The notes beneath the pieces were generated by a model. It saw only the letters and a list, made by a program, of their open reading frames with translations, was not told where the DNA came from and did no database searches. The translations under genes and the position numbers were made by a program. Below, one piece after another: positions 57,778 through 64,000 of a stretch of 64,000 bases of DNA (the first letter of the stretch is position 1; each line of letters opens with the position of its first letter). This DNA comes from Spirochaetia bacterium (lineage in GTDB: Bacteria; Spirochaetota; Spirochaetia; SZUA-6; Bin103): assembly GCA_965203905.1 (NCBI GenBank), contig CBDBDQ010000005.1, forward strand, positions 5,920,001-5,984,000. Direction: 5' to 3'.

Positions 57778-59325
57778 TCAGCCGCCGCCGGCGCGCTCGC
57801 GCTCGGCCCGTCGCACCTGCTGCTCCTCGATCAGATCGCGGCGCAGCCGGCGGTAGCGCTCCAGCCGAGGCCGGTACTCCGAGTGCGCACTCGGATCTGG
57901 CACTACCGGCTCGCCGTGCGTACAGCATGCCGCCACCGCCTCGTCCAGGCTGCGCCACCAACCGGCCGCCATCCCGGCCAGCAGCGCCACCCCCAGGGCT
58001 CCCGGCTCGGCGCCGCCCGTTATCACAAACGAGCGTCCGGTGACGTCGGCCACGATCCGGGGCCATGCCGTGCTCTGCGCCCCGCCCCCCAGCAGGGTAA
58101 TCGGTTCCGCGAATGCCGGCAGCAACTCCAGGCAATCCGCCACCGCGAACGCCAGCCCCTCGTAGATGGCGCGCAGGATGTCCCAGCGCGTGTGCTCCAG
58201 GCCCAGTCCCGACAGCCGGCCGCGCGTGCGCGGCTCGTACACCGGCGCCAGCACCCCGGTACCGTTCAGGTAAGGGTGGAACAGCACGCCGCGGGCACCG
58301 CGCGGCACCTCGGCCACCGCCGCGTCCAGCGCTGCTGCGTCCAGCCCCGAAGCGGCGAACTCGCGCCGGAACCAGTCCAGGGCCAGGGTGCCGGTCTGGT
58401 TCGGCATGGTGCGCGTCCAGCGGTCCGGCGGAATCACGAAGCTCAACCCCACCCCCGCGGGTTCCCACACCGGTCGCTCGGTCACCACGCTATTGAGGCA
58501 CGACGAGCCAATGATGGTGCCGGCTTGTCCCGGCACCACCACGCCGCCGCCCACCAGCGCCGCCGACACGTCGGCCAACCCGGTGACTACCGGCGTACCG
58601 GCAGGAAGCCCGGTGTCCGTGGCCGCCGCCGCCGTCACGCGCCCGGCCACCGCGCCGGAGGGCAACACCGGCGGCAACCGGGCGTGCAACTCCCCCAGCC
58701 CCCATTCCTCCATCAACCGCGGCGAGAACGTGCGCTGCAGAGCATCCCCCGGCGCATGGCTGGCGTCGCTGCCGTCGGTGGCCGCCTCGCCGGTGAGGCG
58801 CAAGCGGAGCCAGTCCTTGGCGAACAGCAGGGTGCGCGTCCGCTCCAGCGCCGCCGGTTCATGGTCGCGCAGCCAGCGCAGCACCACCAGCGTGAACCCC
58901 GGCGTGAGCGCATTGCAGGAGACGGCGAAGCTGCGTTCGAGCAGGCCGGCCTCCCGCACCTCGTCCAGCACGGTCACGGCGCGCGCATCGTGCCACGCGA
59001 TGGCGTTGCGTACCGGGCGGCCGTCCCGATCCACAAGCCACGCCCCACCCATGAACGCGCTGATGCCGATGGCCCGAACCGAATCGCCGCCGCCGAGCCG
59101 GCCGGTGAGCTCGCGCAGGGCGGCCGCGACCTGCCGCCAAAGCCCCTCCATCTCCACCTCGACCCAGCCCGGCCGCGGGTTCTCACACACCGTCGCAGCC
59201 TCCGCCAGGGCCACTTCCCTGCCATGCGCATCGAATGCGGCCGCCTTGATCCGCGTGGTGCCGACATCCACGCCGACCACCACCTCCGCCGGCCGGCGGC
59301 GTGTGCCTGGCCTAATGGCGGCCAC
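57778..59325 (-). CDS. FGGY-family carbohydrate kinase
   Basis: GVDVGTT, W.DARA, TDGSDAS, GLAD, GSS, PYL.G, RAIYEG, GGGAQS. Confidence 0.92.
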   Translation of the reverse strand: MAAIRPGTRRRPAEVVVGVDVGTTRIKAAAFDAHGREVALAEAATVCENPRPGWVEVEMEGLWRQVAAALRELTGRLGGGDSVRAIGISAFMGGAWLVDRDGRPVRNAIAWHDARAVTVLDEVREAGLLERSFAVSCNALTPGFTLVVLRWLRDHEPAALERTRTLLFAKDWLRLRLTGEAATDGSDASHAPGDALQRTFSPRLMEEWGLGELHARLPPVLPSGAVAGRVTAAAATDTGLPAGTPVVTGLADVSAALVGGGVVVPGQAGTIIGSSCLNSVVTERPVWEPAGVGLSFVIPPDRWTRTMPNQTGTLALDWFRREFAASGLDAAALDAAVAEVPRGARGVLFHPYLNGTGVLAPVYEPRTRGRLSGLGLEHTRWDILRAIYEGLAFAVADCLELLPAFAEPITLLGGGAQSTAWPRIVADVTGRSFVITGGAEPGALGVALLAGMAAGWWRSLDEAVAACCTHGEPVVPDPSAHSEYRPRLERYRRLRRDLIEEQQVRRAERERAGGG

Positions 59326-59863
59326 CCTGCACGGCCCCCTTCGCCGTTTCCATGGTCTTCCGTGTCCCGGAGAGCCGGCCCTCGTCGTCGATCAGGACTA
59401 CGCGAGAAGGTCGGCCGGCGCTCCAACGCCATAGCACAAGATTGAGGTCGTCGAGGGAGGCGCCGGCGGCATAGCTCCGGACTCTCATACCTGCGTAGCC
59501 CGCTGCGATCAGCCGGTCAGCGAGAGCCTGCGACGCTGGGACCGTACCGGCGAGCATTTCCGCTTCCCACGTGGGGCACGCGAGATCGGACTCCATCACC
59601 CGCAACGCCCGGCGCCGCTCCTGGTCCAGTGCATCGAACACCGGCTCGACATCGATCTCGCAGTCGCACAGCGTGAGCGGCTGCAGCGGGCGGCCGAACG
59701 GCTGCGCTTCGCGTATGGCGACGAGCGGAGCGAGCGAGGTATAGAGGGCGGGCACGCCGCGCCGGTTGAATCGTCCGCCGTGCCGACGAGCGCCTTCGCC
59801 GGATGTTGGCGTCCATGACCACTGTGGATTGTGAGCCCGGTACACCAGCGACCGGAACCGCAT
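59312..59863 (-). CDS. RES-domain toxin (NAD+-targeting family)
   Basis: YRAH, SGEGA..HGGRFN..G.PALYTS...RE, SQ, VRS, NLVLW; lies downstream of an Xre antitoxin. Confidence 0.88.
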   Translation of the reverse strand: MRFRSLVYRAHNPQWSWTPTSGEGARRHGGRFNRRGVPALYTSLAPLVAIREAQPFGRPLQPLTLCDCEIDVEPVFDALDQERRRALRVMESDLACPTWEAEMLAGTVPASQALADRLIAAGYAGMRVRSYAAGASLDDLNLVLWRWSAGRPSRVVLIDDEGRLSGTRKTMETAKGAVQGGRH

Positions 59864-59878
59864 CAGGAGAACGCAGAA

Positions 59879-60241
59879 TCAGGCATAGCCGCCGGCCAGG
59901 ATGCGGTCCAGATAGGCATGCACCTGATCGGCCCTGCCCTCGCGTACCAGGAGATCAGGGGTAGCGCCGCCGAAGCCGGGCAGCGGCTCGGCGCGAAACC
60001 AGGCGTACGCCGCGAGCAGCGACCCGGTGGCCGCTTCCACGCGATTGAGAATCTCCAGCATCTGGCGCAGTCGAACCTGGGTCTTGCGCGCTCGGACCCG
60101 CGACGCGCGCGTGAACGCATCCTTGCCGAGGCCCAGCGTACCGGCAATCTCCGACTTGGTGGTACGCAGCCTGGCGGCGACCAGCGTGGGCGAGAACACC
60201 TGGTCCTCAACGTATTCTTGAAACCTCATCTTCTTTGACAT
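59879..60241 (-). CDS. Xre/MbcA/ParS (DUF2384) antitoxin (start may be ATG 60229)
   Basis: EIAGTLGL, AYAWFRAEPLPGFGGATP..LV..G...V..YL.RI..GGYA. Confidence 0.88.
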   Translation of the reverse strand: MSKKMRFQEYVEDQVFSPTLVAARLRTTKSEIAGTLGLGKDAFTRASRVRARKTQVRLRQMLEILNRVEAATGSLLAAYAWFRAEPLPGFGGATPDLLVREGRADQVHAYLDRILAGGYA

Positions 60242-60304
60242 ACTATAGCGTGATTCTGATTGTTCCTCAAAGAGGCTGCTTCTGGGGTCTTGTAAAGGGT
60301 CTGT

Positions 60305-60604
60305 ATGAAAAACGAGGATGAAGCCGTGGAGCTCACGGAGAGCCAGTTCGCAACCGCGATTCCGGCAAGTGTTCGCAGACGCCTTATGGGGAGTCGGTTC
60401 GAATCCGGTGCGGACGTGGTGGCGCTACGGCGGTTTGTCGGACTTACGCAGGTTCAGTTCGCAGCCGCGCTCGGTATCAGTGTTCACACCCTGCGCAATT
60501 GGGAACAGGACCGCCGCCGTCCAGAGGGGCCGGCGCTGGCTCTACTGCGCATCGCTGCGCGGCACCCGCGAGTCATCCGCGAGAACACCGAATCGGTGGC
60601 ATGA
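60305..60604 (+). CDS. XRE-family HTH protein (HigA-like antitoxin), orphan
   Basis: LRRFVGLTQVQFAAALGISVHTLRNWEQDRRRPEGPALALL..AARHP. Confidence 0.85.
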   Translation: MKNEDEAVELTESQFATAIPASVRRRLMGSRFESGADVVALRRFVGLTQVQFAAALGISVHTLRNWEQDRRRPEGPALALLRIAARHPRVIRENTESVA

Positions 60605-60714
60605 GGGCGATGCAGCTCGTCCTCTACGGGGGAACGGTTGTGGGCGTTGATCCCGGTTCGGTGGCGCAGGCCTTGGCAGCAGCGGCACGGCAGGCGCGCG
60701 CTGAAGCCCAGTAG
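60601..60714 (+). pseudogene. Short remnant resembling the N-terminus of an amidohydrolase
   Basis: ATGA overlap; MRAMQLVLYGGTVVGVDPGSVAQALAA resembles the amidohydrolase N-terminal beta motif, then stops after 37 codons. Confidence 0.4.
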
Positions 60715-60717
60715 CGG

Positions 60718-61842
60718 TCAGCGGTAGGGGTCGGCGGCGTCGCGCAGGCCGTCGCCGACGAAGTTGAAGGCCAGCACGCTGACCACCACGAAGAGGCCGG
60801 GAATCAGCAGCCACGAGTGGTTGGCCAGCGACTGCAGATTCTGGGCGTCCTGCAGCAGCACTCCCCAGCTCACCACCGGCGGTTGCAGGCCCAGGCCGAG
60901 AAAGCTCAGGGCGGTCTCGCCGAGGATCATGTTGGGCACCGCCAGGGTAAGGCTGACGATCAGGTAGCTCATGAACGACGGCAGCAGGTGGCGGAAGATG
61001 ATGCTGGCCTTGGTGGCCCCGGCCACGGAGGCGGCCATCACGAAGTCCTCCTCGCGCAGGCTGATCAGCTTGCCGCGCACCACCCGCGCCAACTGCGACC
61101 AGCCGATGATGCCGAGGATGATGGTGATGGCGAAGTAGATGCGCAGCGACGGCCAGTCGTGCGGCAGCGCCGCCGCCAGCCCCATCCAGAACGGGATCAC
61201 CGGAATCGAGATCAGGAACTCGATGATGCGCTGGATGATCAGATCGGGCACGCCGCCGTAATAACCGGAGATGCCACCCAGCAGGCAGCCGAGCACGAAA
61301 CTGACCGCCACCCCGATCAGGCCGATGGAAAGCGAGATGCGGATGGCGTACAGGTTGCGCGAGAAGAGGTCGCGCCCGAGCTTGTCGGTGCCAAACGGGA
61401 AGAACACGCCCTCCTCCACTCCGAGCAGGTGCACGTCAGCGTCGAACAGTCCCCACATGCGGTACTCGTCGCCGCGCACGAACAGGCGCAGGGGGTGGAT
61501 CAGCGCGTGGTCCTCGGTGTAGATCCGCTCCAGCGTGTTCATGTCCAGCTCCCGCTGCAGGCCATACACGAACGGGCGCAGGTGCAGCCGGCCGGTGTGA
61601 TCGATCAGGCGCGCGCGCTGCGGCGGAGTGAAGATGTACTCCGTGAAGCGCGTGTCGGGACGGTAGGGGGCTATGAATTCCGCCAGAGTCGCGGCTAGGT
61701 AGAACAGCGCCAGCAGGACGGCAGCCGCCATGGCCAGCCGGTGGCGCTTGAACTTGCGCCACATGAGCTGGGTCTGCGAGGAGAGGTAGTACCGTTCCTG
61801 TGCGTCGGCCGTGATCGGAGCAGTCGGTGCCGCGTCTGCCAT
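60718..61842 (-). CDS. Peptide/nickel ABC permease (OppC/DppC-like)
   Basis: FGTDKLGRD, GGISGYYGG, ARVVRG..LREEDFV, HLLP, ETALSFLGLG, GDGLRDAADP. Confidence 0.93.
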   Translation of the reverse strand: MADAAPTAPITADAQERYYLSSQTQLMWRKFKRHRLAMAAAVLLALFYLAATLAEFIAPYRPDTRFTEYIFTPPQRARLIDHTGRLHLRPFVYGLQRELDMNTLERIYTEDHALIHPLRLFVRGDEYRMWGLFDADVHLLGVEEGVFFPFGTDKLGRDLFSRNLYAIRISLSIGLIGVAVSFVLGCLLGGISGYYGGVPDLIIQRIIEFLISIPVIPFWMGLAAALPHDWPSLRIYFAITIILGIIGWSQLARVVRGKLISLREEDFVMAASVAGATKASIIFRHLLPSFMSYLIVSLTLAVPNMILGETALSFLGLGLQPPVVSWGVLLQDAQNLQSLANHSWLLIPGLFVVVSVLAFNFVGDGLRDAADPYR

Positions 61843-61858
61843 ACGCGTTCCTGACTAC

Positions 61859-62854
61859 CTAGCGCTCGGCGCGCTCGAAGCGGATGCGCGGATCCACCCA
61901 CATCAGCATCAGGTCGGAGATGAACGCACCCAGCACCGCCAGGATGGTGATCATCACGATGATGGTGCCGGCCAGGAACATGTCCTGGGTCAGCAGCGCG
62001 CGCAGCAGCAGCGGGCCGAGGGTTGGCAGGTTGAGCACCACCGCAACGATGACCGCTCCCGACACGATCTGCGGCAACTGCCAGCTTACCGAGCTGATGA
62101 TCGGGTTGATTGCCAGGCGCACCGGGTAGCGGAACAGCAGCACGCGCTCGTGCAGCCCCTTGGAGCGCGCCGTGACCACGTACTGCTTGCGCAGCTCGTC
62201 CAGCAGCGACCCGCGCATCACGCGAATCAGGCCGGCCGTACCCGACAGCCCGATCACCAGCAGCGGCACGGGTAGGTGCTTGAGCATGTCGATGACGCGC
62301 GCCACCGACCACGGCTCGTTGATGAACTCGGACGAAAACAGCCCGACCACCGCGATGTCGAACACGACGAAGAACAGGTACAGCAGGATCAGGGCGAACA
62401 GGAAGTTGGGCAGCGCCAGCCCCACGAATCCGACCACGGTGAAGGCGTAGTCGGTAAACGAATACTGATGGACGGCCGAGTAGATGCCGATCGGGATCGC
62501 CAGCAGGTAGGAGATGAACAGGGTGAGCAGCGAGATGGTGACGGTGAGCGCCAGGCGCTCGCCGATCAGCTCGCTGACGGGGCGGTTCCAGCCAAAGGAG
62601 AGGCCGAAATCGCCCTGGACCAGGTTACCGAGCCAGCGTAGATACTGCGCAAACGGTGACAGGTCCAGGCCGTAGCGGCGCCGCAGGTTGTCCACGGTGG
62701 CCTCGTCCACTACCTCGCCCGATGCCTCCAGCTCCAGGATGTACAGCGTGAGGAAGTCGCCGGGCGGCAGTTGGATGATCATGAAGCCGACCACGGTTAC
62801 CGCGAGGACGGTGAACAGCATGAAGATGCCGCGGCGGGCGAAGGAAGCGAGCAT
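61859..62854 (-). CDS. Peptide/nickel ABC permease (OppB/DppB-like)
   Basis: QLPPGD, GDFGLS, PNF, YVVTARSKGL, ISDL..WVDPRIR. Confidence 0.93.
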   Translation of the reverse strand: MLASFARRGIFMLFTVLAVTVVGFMIIQLPPGDFLTLYILELEASGEVVDEATVDNLRRRYGLDLSPFAQYLRWLGNLVQGDFGLSFGWNRPVSELIGERLALTVTISLLTLFISYLLAIPIGIYSAVHQYSFTDYAFTVVGFVGLALPNFLFALILLYLFFVVFDIAVVGLFSSEFINEPWSVARVIDMLKHLPVPLLVIGLSGTAGLIRVMRGSLLDELRKQYVVTARSKGLHERVLLFRYPVRLAINPIISSVSWQLPQIVSGAVIVAVVLNLPTLGPLLLRALLTQDMFLAGTIIVMITILAVLGAFISDLMLMWVDPRIRFERAER

Positions 62855-63051
62855 GGGCAACCAAAGGTCGTACTGCGTCCGGTGCGGCCTGTCAAGAATC
62901 CGCGCCGTTCGGCCGTTCGGGGCCGTCGGACCGTTCGGGCCGCGGTCGCACCTCGGCGCGCACACGCACACGCGCCCGCGCCGCCCGCGCCGCGGCCAAC
63001 TGGACAGCGCGTTGGCGCCGGCACATAATGTCGGATTCCAGGAGGCCTGAC

Positions 63052-64000
63052 ATGGTTCAAAGTCGATCCCTGCTGATCGCTTTCGTGGCCTGTGCGCTGT
63101 GCGCAGGATCGGGACTGTTGTTTGCCGGCGGCGACGCTGATGCCGACGCCGGTGCCGCGGAGCCCGCCGCAGCGGCGGCCTCCAGCCAGCCGGGCGTGCC
63201 CAATCCGGGGGTGGTGGTGTTCTACGCCACCCTCGCGGAGTACGAGGCGCAGACCGGCAACCGCATCGAATCGTTCAACGAAGCGCCCGCTCTCGCGGCC
63301 CTGGTCGCTGCCGGCGACTTGCCGCCGGTCGCCGAACGGCTGCCCGACGAACCGATGGTCGTGGAACCGCGCGACAGCATCGGCAAGTACGGCGGGCGCG
63401 TGCGGCAGTCCGCCACCTCGCCGACCACCGGCGGCGCCGAGTCGTGGACCCTGCGCACGCAACCGCTGTTCCGCGTGGTGCCGAGTCCGAGCGGCGACTC
63501 GGTCATCCCCAACGTGGCCAAGGGATTCGACCTGTCCGACGACTTCTCCATCCTCACCGTGCACCTGCGCAGCGGCCTGAAGTGGAGTGACGGGGCGCCG
63601 TTCGACGCCGACGACTTTCTGTTCTGGTACCGCGACATCCTGCTCAACGAGGAGATCTCGCCCACCATACCGGGCATCTGGGCACCCGGCGGCGTCCCGG
63701 TCGAGGTCACCAAGGTCGACGACGGCACCGTGCAGCTTCAGTTCGCCAGTGCTTATCCCAGCATCGTGACCTTCCTCGGCTTCGAGGGGCGCTCCTACCA
63801 CCGCATCCCATTCGCGCCGCGGCACTACCTGGAGCAGTTTCACCCCGCGCACAACGAGGACGCGGGCAAGGTCGCCACCGAGGCCGGCTACGACAACTGG
63901 GGGGACCACTTCCAGTTCATCTACCCCAACGAGGTGCAACAGCGCTGGGACGTGAACGTGCCCACCGTCGATCCCTGGACCATGAGCGAGGTGGACAGCA
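63052..64000 (+). CDS. Family-5 ABC substrate-binding protein (runs off the right edge; absent from the ORF track)
   Basis: Manual translation from ATG 63052 (GGAGG RBS) gives MVQSRSLLIAF...LLFAGG...EAPALAALVAAGDLPPVAERLP.EP...IGKYGG...PNVAKG...LRSGLKWSDGAPFDADDF. Promoter-like TGGACA...CATAAT upstream. Confidence 0.92.
   Translation, partial: MVQSRSLLIAFVACALCAGSGLLFAGGDADADAGAAEPAAAAASSQPGVPNPGVVVFYATLAEYEAQTGNRIESFNEAPALAALVAAGDLPPVAERLPDEPMVVEPRDSIGKYGGRVRQSATSPTTGGAESWTLRTQPLFRVVPSPSGDSVIPNVAKGFDLSDDFSILTVHLRSGLKWSDGAPFDADDFLFWYRDILLNEEISPTIPGIWAPGGVPVEVTKVDDGTVQLQFASAYPSIVTFLGFEGRSYHRIPFAPRHYLEQFHPAHNEDAGKVATEAGYDNWGDHFQFIYPNEVQQRWDVNVPTVDPWTMSEVDS

Noticed and set aside
44985-59863. 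Functional pairing of the ADP-ribosylglycohydrolase with the RES toxin
   Set aside because: They are 13 kb apart in separate operons, and RES already has its cognate Xre antitoxin.

Overview
GC-rich bacterial chromosomal window with about 55 genes, most of them in tightly coupled catabolic or transport operons. I saw no rRNA, tRNA, CRISPR array or intact transposase. The LFAGG-type signal peptide, BMP transporter, Bat operon and LA_3696-like coiled coil suggest a spirochaete, and the secreted repeat proteins and several Fe/2OG dioxygenases suggest a host-associated lineage such as a sponge symbiont; both are inferences. Main blocks in order: a pentapeptide-repeat lipoprotein (partial, missing from the ORF track); a hendecad coiled-coil membrane protein; two Asp-box sialidase-fold genes; Uma2; an aminotransferase/Gfo/MoeA/FG-GAP cluster; a BMP nucleoside ABC transporter with a phosphodiesterase; a MoxR-DUF58-BatA-E operon that continues into hemerythrin, MBL, LLM and hydrolase genes; a stand-alone HNH nuclease; a lower-GC PD-(D/E)XK nuclease + unknown protein + ADP-ribosylglycohydrolase cassette fused to an aldo-keto reductase gene; an epimerase/PhyH/FAD-oxidoreductase operon; DUF1640; TauD; a 12-YWTD lipoprotein; GH32, SDR and FGGY; a RES-Xre toxin-antitoxin pair; and peptide ABC genes. 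The best candidates for undescribed biology are the nuclease/unknown/ADP-ribosylhydrolase cassette, the HNH gene with long non-coding flanks, and a 158-bp structured MITE-like element. All family calls come from motif recognition by eye; no database searches were run.
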